Source of the DNA: Felis catus
Taxonomy: Eukaryota
Direction: 5' to 3'
DNA: 64,000 nucleotides
NCBI RefSeq assembly: GCF_018350175.1
Contig: NC_058368.1
Span: 49,787,815 to 49,851,814 of the forward strand
Part shown: piece after piece, positions 26,420 to 40,335 of the stretch
How the letters are laid out: each line of letters opens with the position of its first letter
Position numbering within the stretch: position 1 is the stretch's first letter
Program-made: the position numbers and the translations under genes
Notes under the pieces: model-generated
Databases searched by the model: none
Told to the model about the DNA's origin: nothing
What the model saw: the letters and a program-made list of their open reading frames with translations, nothing else

Positions 26420-26652
26420 CTGTGAACTCTCGGTGGTGAAGAATACAGTGACCACTAGTAGAGTTTGGTGCCACTACATTGATTCACAGAAAAGCACAAG
26501 CAGTTTTATCTACCATGGTTTATGTACCAGCCATGCAAATGTCAACACAGTGAGAAGAACACATAACATCTTCACATTAGGACGAGTTTGGTGACCCACC
26601 AAAAGTATCTCAGGGAACCCCACAGTTCTCCAATCACATTTGACAACTGTGG
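26420..26652. mobile_element. hAT-Charlie-like MER remnant
   Basis: gcaaatgtcaacacagtgag...cacatttgacaactgtg resembles a Charlie-type terminus. Confidence 0.45.
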
Positions 26653-28333
26653 TTATACAGCATTCCACCAAGCCCACAGTAAGAAAGTATTTGACACTGA
26701 CCTAATCTCAGATGCATTCAATTATCTACTAAACTTATGGGCAGAGAAGTCATAATCAAAATATAATACCTTCCAAAATTATTCTAACAGGCTCCAATAC
26801 CTGCTCTCCAATTTACTGGCTGTGTAGCCTTATGCAAATTTATTATTAACTTCTTAAAACTTTAGGGGCTTTTCATGTATAAAATGGTTTAATGACACCT
26901 ATTAAAATGATTGTTGTAATATATGCTTGGCACACGATGAGCACTCGCGAAATGGTAGTATTGTTACTCACCATCTAGTCTGGGTTCAAATATTTTTTTT
27001 AGTTGACAGACTGCATATGCCAGACCCTTCTTCTTATACTTAAAACTGGGCAGCAATATGCTTATTTAAATCCTATCTTTATGACAACTAGAACCATACT
27101 TTGCCAGGAATATTCCGACCACAGCCGGGACCTGCTGCTGTCAGTTATCTACCCTGCAGCCAAAATGAATCATAAACAACCTTGAAAGAGATTCAGAAAA
27201 AAAGACAAAAGCATTAATCATAGTATATATGTTTCGTATTTAAGTCACAACCACATCTCTTCCCTATGTACTTTTGTTAATTTCAGAGGCTACTGTTAGG
27301 TTTTTTCTTTTTTGTTTGTTCAGAAAAAGCACTGTGTGTAACATACTAGTTTGTAGAAGAGCTTACTTTTATTTTACTGTTGTATTTCCAGAGTTAGGTT
27401 TCTTTTTTGTTTTAATATTACAGATTATAAGACACAGTTAAGCAAACTAAATAAATACTATAGAACAAAAAAATAGACTAATCAAATCATTTTATAATTT
27501 TAAGAAATCATTTAATCAATTCAGAAATAGCAAGTATTATAATTTATAAATCCAATTTTAATAATCCAGTCAATTTTGTTATAGTCTGGTTGGCTACTGA
27601 ATATCAATTCTAGGCATCAAGACAATTGTGTTAGTCAGTGGAGACAAGGGACACCAGAAAGTGTGGGCAGATAAAGGCCTGAAAGTTAACAAGTTAAAAC
27701 AGAAGACTATGGAAAATTATCAGCAAATCAGAAGTCTGGGGTCCCGGAAGTCACAAAAGGAATAAATCCAGAACATGGGTGATTAAGCCAAAAATTTTAA
27801 ACGGAAAAGGGCAAAACAGATTAAATGGAAAGTCAAGTCTTATCCAGGAGATCAAGTCTATGTCCAGAGAGATCAGGATGTGGAATTAACTGAGACAGGG
27901 CTTTCTTTCACTAACCCAGCACCAGAGATCAAGAGTGTTTTTAAGATGCCACTAACTTCTGACACCAGGGGACTCTCTTCCTGCCACCTTCAGCAATCTT
28001 CATTCACCTTTGGGATTTGCATCTCATTTACCAATGTCAGAGTTAAAATGCAATCAATGAAGTAAACTAGAATCTAACTTTAACGTTATGACTTACCAAC
28101 AGTAATCCCTCAAGGCTTGGAATGACGCATGTGAACTTCAGAGAGACTTAGCTAAGGCCACACTCCCTGACCACACACACACCTTGAACTTCAAGATGCC
28201 ATCACCTCTTACTTAAGGACAGTGCTGTAACAATTCTACCCCCTCTCTCCTGCAGCAATTTTTCCTTCTCTACTTTATCTTCTCCATTGGTTTACAAACA
28301 TGCTATTTTTTTCTCTCATCCTAAAAGAATTCT

Positions 28334-28547
28334 TTTTTTTTTTTAACATTTATTTATTTTTGAGACAGAGAGAGAGAGAGCATGAACAGGGGAGGGGCAG
28401 ACAGAGAGGGAGACACAGAATCTGAAACAGGCTCCAGGCTCTGAGCTGTCAGCACAGAGCCTGACGCGGGGCTCGAACCCACAGACCACGAGATCATGAC
28501 CTGAGCCGAAGTTGGCCGCTTAACCGACTGAGCCACCCAGGTGCCCC
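28334..28547 (-). mobile_element. Can-SINE
   Basis: TSD taaaa(g/a)aattct. Confidence 0.92.
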
Positions 28548-28670
28548 TAAAAAAATTCTCTTAATCCCAGTTTTCTAACTATCAGCACTAATTCTTTCTC
28601 CTCCAGTCATAGTTGAACTCCTTGGAAAAGTTACTAGCACTCACTCTCTCTATATTCTCTTCTCCCTTTC

Positions 28671-28888
28671 TTTCTTTTTAATGTTTATTTATTTTTGAAA
28701 GAGACAGACAGACAGAGAGGGCACAAGCAGGGGAGGGGCAGAGAGAGAAGGAGTCAAAGAATCTGAAGCAGGCTCCAGGCTCTGAGCTGTCAGCACAGAG
28801 TCCGACACAGGGCTCAAACCTACAAACTGCAAAATTATGACCTGAGCTGAAGTCAGACGTTTAACCAAGTGAGCCACTCAGGCACCCC
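28671..28888 (-). mobile_element. Can-SINE
   Basis: TSD cttctccctttc. Confidence 0.9.
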
Positions 28889-29694
28889 TCACTTCTCCCT
28901 TTCCTTCTTGAACTCACATCAGTTAGACAATTGCTCCCATCATCCCATCAGAACAGACACTGTGGCTGCCACATTACTAAATCCAACACTTAATTCTCAG
29001 TCCTCTTTTGAGAGCCCTGGTCATGTCTCCCTTTTTGGAATGCTTTCTTCCCTTGGCTTCCAGACAGCACACTGTCCTAGTTTTCCTCCACGTCCCTGGC
29101 TTTCCTTTCCTAGTTTCATTTGCTGGTTCCTTATCATCTCCCAGAACTCAACCTTGGAGCTACTGAGGGCTCATGACCGGCCCTCTTTTCTGCCTACACC
29201 CGACCCACTTAGTAATTTCATCTCATCTCGCAGCTTGCAAGAGTGTACACTACTTGATTCCTCTGAGCTCATCTCCTACACTCTCCCCTACTTGGTTGGC
29301 TCCAGCCAAATGGCCTCCATATTATGACACCTTCAACAGACCAGTAGGCTTCCTCCTTAGGTTTGTGAAACTCCTGCCCCTCTCCCCCACCTCCTTTAGA
29401 TCATTCCTCAGCTGTCATCTTCTCAGTGAGAACTTCAATGGCCACCCTCCCTAAAACTAACTCTCTCTCATACTACCTCATCCTTTCTCCATTCCTTCCT
29501 CCTTGCCTCCATCCTACATAATTTTTCTCCTTAACAATTATCATTATTTAACATACGATATATTTTGCTCCTAAGTTTTTCAACATCTGTCTTTCCACAC
29601 TAAAATACAAGTCCAATGAAGCCAAAGATTTTCAAAAAATAGATATTTGTTGAATAATAATCAAAACACCTTATTTTAAAATGCATACATACCT

Positions 29695-29942
29695 GGGGCA
29701 CTAGGGTGGCTCAGTCAGTTAAGCATTTGACTCTTGATTTCAGCTCAGGTCATGATCTCACAATTTGTGAGATCAAGCCCCATGTTAGGCTCCAAGCTGA
29801 CAGCACGGAGCCCGCTTGGGATTCTCTCTCTCCCTCTCTCTCTGCCTCTCTCCTGCTCGCCCTTTCTCTCTCTCTCAAAATACATAAACATAAAAAATAA
29901 TAAATAAATAAATAAATATATAAATAAATAAACAAATAAAAT
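29695..29942 (+). mobile_element. Can-SINE (older subfamily) with (AAAT)n tail
   Basis: Head, body and tail recognisable. Confidence 0.88.
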
Positions 29943-30478
29943 ACACACCTAATGACACAAAAAATTGCCATATTTGAAATTTTAAATAGTATGTTCCAAA
30001 TAGTACCATAAATATCATCATATCGTCCTTCACACTTCACAATTTATTTCTACTTCATTACCACAAGTCATTCTCTATCACAACCCTCAGATGATCATTT
30101 CCTATAGTTTCATTTATTCTCTGGTAACCTTAATCCAAAGGCAGAAGAGAAGGCTCCCTGCAGCAGACAATCCATTTTTAATTTAATGGCACTTATGAGA
30201 CCACCTGGCATAAATTCTTAAAAGTGCTTCTAAATTCCACTACACCATCTCCCCATCCCTTCATTTATCTTCTCATACTTTCCTCGAGCCACTGAAGACA
30301 TTTCTCTTCCCTTCTCTAGAGTTAGTCCTTCGTTTTTACTGAGCCCCTAATGCATTTCTACTTTACTACAAACTCCAAATTGTATAATATATCCTCTTCT
30401 TTAAGACTTCCAATCATTTCTTCCCTGTGGCCTTCATCTCTTTTATAATCATAAAACATATGAAAATTTAAATTTAAA

Positions 30479-30480
<2 letters not shown>

Positions 30481-30520
<40 letters not shown>
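30481..30520 (+). repeat. (AC)20 microsatellite
   Basis: Direct reading. Confidence 0.95.
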
Positions 30521-30522
<2 letters not shown>

Positions 30523-31631
30523 CACAGAGCCTTTGTTTGATGTTACTACTCAGTTATTAGTTCCCTTTGCTGCCAAGCTCTGAACATGAGGCAGTCATTT
30601 CTTAGACACTGTTCAAACACTTGCCTTCTTGCTTTTGGCCTTCATTCTACTGTGTTGGTCTCTGGAATGTTCCACGTAACCACCTATTTTCTCAACCTTT
30701 AATATTTATATAATAAATATTATATAGGGCTTATTGTATGCCCCCCTGTTCCAACTATTTTACAAGTATCAATCAATGGATATCCTTTGCTCTACTGGAT
30801 CTACCAGACAATTCCCACTACTGGCCACTTGGCTTTCTATACATAGGCCATGTCTACAAACAGCAGACTTCCAGTGCATGGCAGATGGGGGTTACCCAGC
30901 CCTGTCCCAGTCCTTACTCCCAAAGTTATCCACATGTATGGTGTGAAAAGGTTGTCAAGTTGTATTGCTGGCAGTGGTTTGAGGAATTTCAGGGGAAGGA
31001 GATGTACTAATTTTTAAGTCTGAAAATTGTTCAGAACCATTAGGCCAAATATTAAAATGAACCTTTTGATACAAAGAGACAACAGACCAAGAGAGAAATT
31101 TGTAGGTTACACATTCTTGGGTAAAGTCTTTAAATGGTATAAGTAAGAGTCTTTCTTGAATAATTCAGATATTTACTTGCCTAGAAGATGAGTTAGTTTA
31201 CTGAATTAAAGGAAAACAATAACAGGAATGGGACCACATGTAATTAATTTCATTCAACAGACACTTATTGCACAATTATATGTCTAAAACTCTTGCTAGA
31301 TTTGGCAGTAGGGGGATAAAAAACCACTGCCTTCAGAAAGATCACGTCCAGTATAGAAGTTTCCAAGTATGCAAACAATTGTTTATGGTCAGAAAGTTGG
31401 TGGGTAGAAGTGTGTGAACTAAAAAGTAAGTTCATCAAATTTCAATGTATTTTCTGAAATGAATATTGCTATTTCTTTAAGTATTAAAGCAGCTTTGTGA
31501 GGGAATCTTAAGGATAAAAGTATAAGTTCCCTAAAAGTCAAAGAAATTGGAACCCTGCAGGTGCACGTACTTGTCTCTATCTACTTGGCAGTAAGTTAGA
31601 GCTGAAAAGGATATATCTCCTGCTACATACT

Positions 31632-32062
31632 TTTTTTTTCTTTTGTTTTATTATTTATTTTTGAGAGAGAAAGAGTACACAGATGCACATCAGTGTGGGA
31701 GGGGCAGAGAGAGAAGGGGACAGAGGATCCAATCTGAAGCGGGAGCAAGCCCTACATCGGGCTTGAACTCACAAACCGTGAGATCATGACCCGAGCTGAA
31801 GTTGGACGCTCAACCGACTGAACCATCTAGGCGCTTCACACATACTTAAAAAAATTTTTTTAATGTTTATTTATTTTTGAGACAGAGACAGAGAGAGAGC
31901 ATGAGCGGGGGAGGGTCAGAGAGAGGGAGACACAGAACACAGCCAGCTCCAGACTCTGAGCTGTCAGCACAGAACCCAATGCAGGGCTCGAACCCACAGA
32001 CCACAAGATCATGACCTCAGCCAAAGTCGGATGCTTAACTGACTGAGCCATCCAAGCACCCC
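31632..32062 (-). mobile_element. Two tandem Can-SINEs (31632-31835, 31855-32062)
   Basis: Two heads; acatactt present before, between and after. Confidence 0.9.
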
Positions 32063-33676
32063 TCACATACTTTTTTAAAAAATGAGTAGCGAGGTTTACA
32101 GGTCACAATAAGCATCCTTCCAACATTAAAGTAAAATATCTGTATACTAGCAAAGGCCATTTATGAAGATTTCTTATATCACTTGATATCACTAGATACA
32201 GCAAACCTATAAACAGTTTATGAAGTTCACAACCCACTAGAGGGGGGAAAATGGTATCTTTGTATGTACTGAGGCTCCAGAACTAGTTAATTTTTGCTCC
32301 TTCCATTTTAATTGGTCAGTTTAAGTAAACCTCCTCATTTATATACAGGATCAGGTTGTTTTTGCAACCCACTGACTGGACTTCCGACAGAGTGCCTTAT
32401 TGGTCTCATGACCGGCTATTAATTTAGTTTCTGCTTCGAAGCAATCTTTTCCACAAGGTCATTTCATATGTTTATAATTTATGTAAAAGGTGAATGCTTA
32501 ATCCAGTTTCCTTCATTAAAAATCACCGATGTCAAATCTCACACCTTCCGAGGCGCAGAAAAAAACTCAGTAAAGCCTCACAGACAATTTCATTCATTAT
32601 ACTAAAATAATAAAGCACATTTTTCTTCCAGGCATGACTGCTGTCAATGGAGTTTATAGCTCGACCTTTTATTATCTCAACAGCGGTTTCAAAGGAGGAG
32701 TGACAGAACTGACCTAAGAGCACCACTGCTCTTGTTGACGATGTTTTAAAAGGATAAAGCCCAGGTTCACCTGCAGAGACAAACCTTCCTGAAAAAAGAG
32801 TTTTAGCAATCTATGTTTCTCCAGTAACAAAGCAAAGAGAATCTTAAATAAGAACTAAGAGAGGATACTCCAAACATTTTTGTGGATTTTTATTTTCCTC
32901 AAAGACTATCTGTTTCACAATAATGATTTCCATTTAGGGAAAATTTTACTAGTCTGTTGTCTAGTGTAGTTAATTATCAATAAATACACCCAATAACTAT
33001 AATGTCTGATTGCAATTTCTACGACTCAAAATTATGAATACCAAAAATAAAAACTTAAACAACAATGACAGAACAGACAAATGGGAGCTCATAACACAGA
33101 CTTGGGAGTCTAGGTGGGGGACAAAAAATAAGTATTCACACCCCTTACATTTATTTATAGCATAATTAGGAGACAAAGTTCTGAGTACTTAAGTGTTTCT
33201 TTTCCTACAATATTTTTAAAAATTGTGGTCACAGAATAGACACATTTTCAGATAAGAAAAGATTCAGAAGATTTACCCATATAAGGATTTTGGAGAAGTT
33301 ATTTAAAGATATACTTGAGCAAAACAAGAGTAAAATAAGAAACAGGAAGTCATGAGATGTAGGGAATAGTGAATCCACGCTGGAGAGCTATGCCACAGAG
33401 AACAGCACCATGGGTCCCCCCTGAAACAGGTTAACAGAGACTCGAGCTGAAGAGTTTCTAGGAAACAAAGGGTTTCAAGATGAGTTAGTGTGCTGGAGAT
33501 ACAAGAAGAATTTAAGGATAGGATTAAAGCACAGAAGGAAAAAAAAAAGAATTGGTAGAGACTTATAATTTTAAATGTTCAAATTTTAAAATCAATCTAC
33601 AAGCATGAAACTAATTACAGGTACTTCATGTAATGATCGATTTTAACAAGAATAAAAAAAAAAAAAAAAAGGTAGA

Positions 33677-33783
33677 GGAGCACCTGGCTGGCTCAGTCAG
33701 TGCAGCATGAAACTCTTAATCTCAGGGTCATGAGTTCAAGCCCCATGTAGGTGTGTACCCTCCTTAAAAAAAATTTTTTTTAA
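33677..33783 (+). mobile_element. Short tRNA-derived Can-SINE variant
   Basis: Same type as 9227-9346. Confidence 0.78.
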
Positions 33784-34165
33784 AGTAGACGAAGCAGAAA
33801 TGGAGGAGATAAAAGCTAAAGTGGCAGGGCAGACATAAAAATGTGCGCAGATGCTGTCTATAGCTGATAGAAAACTGTGGCAACAGGTCGAAGACATGAA
33901 AATAGTAACAGGACTATGGTGTGTGTAGGGGGCAAAGAATGGGAGAGTAAGTCAGTGTGTTTGGCAGGACCAGTTTCTTCTCCTTTTTCTTTATTTTGTT
34001 TTTGTTCGTTTGTTTGCTTGTTTGTTTTGAACATGGTCTCTTTGAAATCTGGACTTGCTTTCTTTGAAACATACCCATAAGTAGACCATGAAACTTTCCC
34101 AGAAAACTTAGTCCAAGTAGATAGTATCATAATCTACCAGTTACCTAAACTACAAACTGCCCTAG

Positions 34166-36839
34166 TGCAGTGGACTTGAGACTGCCTCAAATTCTTTCTA
34201 GTTCTCTCACTGGGAGGTGGGGCTATTCGCCTCTGCTTCAATCAGGGCTTGCCCTTTGACACACAGAATGCAACTGGTACAGCACTCTGGGATGTCTGAA
34301 CCCAGGCACTAAGAAGGCTGGCTGCTTCTGCTTTCGTTCTTTGAAAAGAAAGAAGAAAGAAGAAAGAAGCTGCAGAAGCAGCAGGAGCTATATAAGAAGG
34401 TGGACTGCCATGGGACACCATGCTGTGAGGAAGCCCAAGGTAGCCCTGTAAAGATGCCATGTGGAAGGGAGATCATCTATTCTCTCACCAAGGAGAACCC
34501 AAACTCCAAGGTACTGAGTAGACACATGTTGTTATGTGAAGCCACTAAGTCTGAGGGTGAGTTTGTGTTGCATTAAGCAATACAAAATCAGTATCTGGAA
34601 ATGGGGTGATGCCAAAACCAAAACCTAAATTATGTGGCATTGGCTTGAGGAGTGGACATGCTATGGCCACTGAACAAAATGCTCATGGGAGGTAGAAGGA
34701 CAGTGAGGAAACTGCCGTTGAAGGGTGGAGAAAAGAGGGCAGGAGTCGTGTGTCAACAGAACGGGTGAAACGTGTTGGTGGTAATGCGCACAGTAGAAAC
34801 AGCAGCTTGTCGGTCAGGTCGAAGAGATTCCAGGAAGAACCTTAACAGTGCAACTGGCTTTTAGCTGCCTGTGATAACATATGGGGGAAACCAGATAAGC
34901 AAAGAACAAACTGCTTGATTTTCAAGCAGAAATTAGAGGAAATTTAAGGGGTCCAGGACTTTATGGGTCCAACAGTGAACAGCTTCTCAACTGCAGCCTT
35001 CCGCAGCAAAAGACTCCCAAAGTAAAAAATAGGCTCACAGTCTGTGGGCAAAGGCCAAAATAGGGGTCTTCCAGTATAACTGGCTTCAGAATAAAATCAA
35101 GAAAGTACGAACTCTTTTTTAAAACCTTAAACATCTGGGGCGGGGAGGTGGCTCAGTCAGTTAAGTGTTTGACTCTTGGTTTCAGCTCAGGTCATGATCT
35201 CACAGTTCATGGGATTGATCTCCGTGTGGGTGTCTGCACTGACCACGAAGAGACTATTTGGGATTCTGTCTTTCCTCTCTCTCTATCCCTCCCCCACTAG
35301 TTTGTGCTTGCTCTCTGTCTCTGTCTCTCTCCCTCTTTCAAATAAACATTTTTTAAAAAGCTGTTAAGGGGCGCCTGGGTGGCTCAATCAGTTAAGCGTC
35401 TGACTTCAGCTCAGGTCATGATCTTGCGGTTTGTGAGTTCGAGCCCCACGTCGGGCTCTGTGCTGATAGCTCAGAGCCTGGAGCCTGCTTCCGGTTCTGT
35501 GTCTCCCTCTCTCTCTGTCCCTCCCCCACGTGTGCTCTGTCTCTCTTTCTCTCTCAAAAATAAAAATGTAAAAAAGAAAAAAACTCAAAGATCTGAGGAC
35601 CTGCCTCCTAGATTCTCTTGGCTAGACAAAGATTTTAACCTGACAGCCAGCCTGAAGTACAGAAGGGCAATCCATCTCAAAGATATTTCTGGTTGTGACT
35701 TTTGTCCAACAGAGTAGACTATAATTTTATATACAGGAAACCCTTAAAAACTTTGGAAGCTATACCAGCGTGGTCTAAAATGAAATGAGACATTCCACAA
35801 TGAAAGGAAGCCTCTGGGCCCCCCAACTTTTCTGGGTGGGAAGCAGGCTGAAAAAGCTATTCGGCTGCAAACACAGTCACATGACATTGGAAAGAAAGAA
35901 AGACACAGAAACTGGAACAGAGAACTACAAAAAACCACTCCCAGTGAGAATGGGACCCTACACAGGGTACACTCCCTGCCCCCCAGGACAGGGGGAACTG
36001 AATGGATTTCAGAATTGCTGCAGACCAGTACCTGTTATGTAGCTCCATAAACCACCCCCGCACATCCATTTTGAACAGCATCTACTGTAATTACCTTGTC
36101 CCTGCCTTCACATTTTATACTGGAGGGGGGAACCGGATAATTTGTCCTTTTAGTTCTCTGGTCTCTACACTGGACGCATCACACCCAACATAACGCATCT
36201 GCACTTGTACAGGATTTAATAAATGAAATTCTGGTATCTGAGTATGAGCCTGATGCTGTAATGGCACAAGACTGCCGTCATTGGTATGGGCCGACTGAAC
36301 TTCACATGTGAAAGAACGTAAATAACCTGCGAGCAGAGGACAGATTGTGCTGGATTAAACATGTCCACACATTCTTCGATGGGGACCATTTTCACCTGGT
36401 TTTGAACCTGGTCTGGCCTTGAGACTGCTCTGACCAATCCAATGCAGCAGAAATAATGTTCTGGGATTTCTGCACCCATGCCTTAAGAAGGGTCTTCAGC
36501 TTCTATTTTTGCATGCTGAGACGAAACCAGTCACCACTAAAGAAGTCAGAGGACTCAGAGACTGAAGTGCTGTGAGGAAGCTAAAGCTAGCTGAGTAGAG
36601 ACACGACAAGGGGTGAAATTCCTGGCTGGCCCCTCAGATGACAAGGCAATCTCCCCTGAGGCAGCAGTCAGTGAAGGAGCCATCCTGAGACTCCCAGCTC
36701 CATCAGAAACCGCACAGAGCGGAGAGTTCTCACCAAACCCTGCCCAGAGTGCAGAATGGTGAGCAGCTAACAGACAGCCATTGGTTTAAGCCATTCCGTT
36801 GGTGAGGTGATTTGTTTTGCACCCTGGAAAAACAAAACA
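34166..36839 (+). mobile_element. MaLR (MLT1-type) element: 5' LTR ~34166-34584, internal region, 3' LTR ~36346-36839
   Basis: Both LTRs are TG...CA and share motifs (ctgggat(g/t)tctg..ccc....c(a/c)(c/t)taagaagg; gctgtgaggaagc; aagcca); internal start aaatcagtatctggaaatggggtg; purine tract gagcagaggacagat before the 3' LTR. Confidence 0.72.
35137..35583 (+). mobile_element. Two tandem Can-SINEs (35137-35360, 35368-35583) within the MaLR internal region
   Basis: Two heads and two tails. Confidence 0.9.
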
Positions 36840-37375
36840 CCAAACCGCTCACTCTCCCTTCATCCCCATCCACCATCTATATGCAAATAATCATTCAGTT
36901 CTGTCTCTACCTCCTTAATAGTGCTCTCAGAGCCCCACCCCACTCCCCACTCCCTTGTTTGTACTCAGTTTCATCGTTTTTCTTTTGAATGGACTATTTC
37001 AGGAGCTTCCTAATACCCATTCACCCTTTCATCCTTCACCCATTCCCCACCCCTCTCCAGGTAGAACCCATTCCCCAAACTACAAAATCTCGTTTCTAAA
37101 TGCAAATCCAGCATCATGCTCATGCTTAGCCTATCACTAGCTCCCCATCACTCACACAGGATAAGCCCTTTGCATGGCAGACAAAGCCTTCCACCATCTG
37201 GCTTCAGATCACCTTTTCAGCTTCATGTCCCGTCATCTTCCATGGGCAGCGGGGACTCCAGAAAAAGAATACGTCTAGCATGAAAAACCCAAGACTGGGT
37301 TCTGAAATCTAGGTGCATGTATGCTGCCACAAATTAACCATGTGAGCTTGGGCAAGTCACTTTAAACAGACTTCG

Positions 37376-37608
37376 GGGGTGCCCGGGTGGCTCAGTCGGT
37401 TAAGCGTCCGACTTCAGCTCAGGTCACGATCTCACGGTCTGTGAGTTCGAGCCCCGCGTCGGGCTCTGGGCTGATGATGGCCCAGAGCCCGGAGCCTGCT
37501 TCTGATTCTGTGTCTCCCTCTCTGACCCTCCCCCATTCATGCTCTGTCTCTCTCTGTCTCAAAAATAAATAAACGTTAAAAAATTAAAAAAAATAAATAA
37601 ATAAAAAT
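37376..37608 (+). mobile_element. Can-SINE inserted in a MIR remnant
   Basis: TSD aaacag(a/g)cttcgg; MIR core tgtgagcttgggcaagtcact upstream. Confidence 0.92.
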
Positions 37609-37729
37609 AAACAGGCTTCGGTTTCCTTTCCATATAACATTTGTGTTAGACAAGAACTAGATAATGTCTCGATCTCTCATTCATCTTTAATAGGCTGTAA
37701 TTCTCAAAATTCTTGTTAAAAATTAGCCA

Positions 37730-37955
37730 GGGGGTGCATGGGTGGCTCAGTCAGGCGACCAACTCTTGGTTTCAGCTCAGGTCATGATCTCACGGTTGTG
37801 AGATCGAGCACTGCATCAGGCTCTGCGCTATCTGCATGCACCCTACTTGGGATTCTCACTCTCCCTCTTTCTCTGCCCCTCCCCAGCTTGTGTGCACTCT
37901 CTCACTCTCTCTCTCTCTCTCTCTCTCTCAAAATAAATAATCTTTAAAAAAAAAA
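37730..37955 (+). mobile_element. Can-SINE (older subfamily)
   Basis: Head, (CT)n and tail. Confidence 0.87.
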
Positions 37956-38416
37956 CTTAGAAAAGAAGGAAAATATGTTTCAAAGGGGGAGTTATACACA
38001 CTGCTCTCCTCCTTGGCCCCAGCCCACCCTCATGCCAGCTTGGAAGCTTGTCTTCAGACCACCTCCCCTCTTCCATTCACAATTTCCCCTTTACTTCCTC
38101 ACAAGAGTCATTACCTTCACAAACCCCACCTTCCTTCTCACGATGGCTCCCATGGTGGGGATGAGCAACATGGGGGAGGACACCCTCGGCAGTCTGTATG
38201 CATGAGCTATGACGAGTCAGGTACTTCACGGGCAAGGACTACCCCTCTAAGTATTTTCAGTCAGTATATAATCCTAAATGGCCTCTGCATTAGGCAGCTG
38301 TTTTCAGTAGCTGAAAGTACAGTAGGATTAAAAAGAACACAGTACTTCACCTTCAGAGGCACAATCCATTCTTTTCCATCAATAATTACGTAGAAAATTT
38401 AAAAATACAATACTGT

Positions 38417-38865
38417 GGGGTGCCCTGGGTGTCTCAGTCAGTTAAGCAGCTAACTCTTGATTTAGGCTCAGGTCATGATCTCACGGTTTGTGAGTTTGAG
38501 CCCCGCGTTGGGCTCTGTGCTCACAGGGCAGAGCCTGCTTTAAATCCTCTGTCTCCCTCTTTCTGCCCCTCCCCTGCTCTCTTTCTCTTTCTCTCTCTAA
38601 AATAAATGTTAAAACAACTCTTTAGAAATACAATATTCTGGGGAGCCTGGGTGGCTCAGTTAGTCGGGCATCCGACTTTGACTCAGGTCATGATCTCATT
38701 CGTGGTTCGTGAGTTCGAGCCCCAGGTTGGGCTCTATGCTGATGGCTCAGAGCCTGGAGCCTGCTTTGGATTCTGTATCTCCCTCTCTCTCTGTCCCTAC
38801 CCTGCTTGCACTCGCTCTCTCTCTTTCTCTCTCTCTCAAAAGTAATGATTAAAAAAAATTTTTTT
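38417..38865 (+). mobile_element. Two tandem Can-SINEs (38417-38615, 38640-38865)
   Basis: tacaata(c/t)t motif before, between and after. Confidence 0.88.
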
Positions 38866-40099
38866 TCACTACAATATTCTGCAATGAGAAATTTTCTTAT
38901 CAATAATTAACAAAATTTACATATTAATACACATTTTTTCACCCACAGAACACAGCAGGGTTATTTTCTAGATAATTAAGATTTTTCTTTTTTTTTTTTT
39001 GTTTGGACTTTTAAGGGTTTTTTTTGTTTTTTGGATTTTTTTAGCTACTGAAAAATAAACAAGTTCAAACTATTTTTAGAATGTATCTATCAAACTAGAA
39101 ATCATAAGAAAGACGGCATTGTAATCTCCATGAAGACAGATACTTTTTCAGTCTTGGAGACTAGAATATCTGTCAAATTAATAGACGAATTAATAAAAAG
39201 TGAACATTAAGCCCTGAGGCATTATTCAAATCATGAAAACCTATGGACTTCTGCTCAAACGAACACTTCAAATAAAAATTCTGATTAGCATGTCCTATAA
39301 CATGGAGATCTTGAGCTGTTCCTCCTCTGTCTATTGCAAAGCTATTTAAAAGAGACTATGTGTTCTCTGTAGGATGTGTAACAGTTAGCCAAGGGTGTCC
39401 CAAAGTCAAGGTTATTTATACACAGCATGCATTCTAGCAGAACCATTCTTACTTACAGATTGGAGAGATGGAGTTCAATAATTTTTACTAATAAACAATT
39501 TAAAACATGTTTATATCAAAATAAACAAGATGTGCTACAGGACAAACTAAAATCTGCAATAATTCTTAATATACAGCAAAGCCTTCAAAGCAATTTAGAG
39601 TTTGTGACAGACTGCAAAATTTTCACCTCCATTCTCCCCAGATGTGCACCTTCATTTTTCTCTGCCATAAGTTTTGTTGAAAAATTCACAAGAACTGAAT
39701 AGAATATTTCACACCACTCTCTCCCCATAAGAACCAACCATTTATATAATGACTGTAGTATAATAAATGCTTCCCATTCTCAGGCAAGAGTTTTAAAGAA
39801 AAAAAATATATTATTTAAAGTTGAACTTCCAGATTACATTACCCATTTAAAAGGTCATTTGCCTCCCTGACTCCATATATTTTATTTGGTATGTAAAACC
39901 TGTACTTTAAAAACTATTTTCCATGTAATCTTCCACCCTTAGTTTAGACAGACACACACACACACACACACACACAAGGTATCATAACCTGCAATAAAAA
40001 GGTTTCTAATAAATTATTTGGTATGTGCATTTTAATTCAGGTGAGCACAGAATAAAGGGTAAAATTTACAAAGAATGTAAAAGTGAGAGATACAGGAGA

Positions 40100-40335
40100 C
40101 TTTTTTATTGAAATAAGAGTTGACACTCAATGTTCCACCAGTTTCAAGTGTATAACACAGTGATTCATTCGACAATTCTACATATTGCACTATGCTCACC
40201 AAGCCTTACGTGTAGTTACCACCTGTCACCATGCCATATTGTGTTATTGATTATATTCTCCATGCTGTATTTCTCATCCCCACCCCCAAGATTTATTTAT
40301 TTTATAACTGGTATAAAGTTTGTACCCTTTAATCC
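40100..40335 (-). mobile_element. L1 3'-UTR fragment
   Basis: ttttattgaaataagagttgacac...gtttcaagtgtataacacagtgattc antisense L1 tail. Confidence 0.65.

Larger units (their letters stand above)
28095..29660 (+). mobile_element. LINE-2 fragment interrupted by two SINEs
   Basis: Pyrimidine-rich L2 motifs (ttcttcccttggcttccagacagcacact; atatttgttgaata end). Confidence 0.6.
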
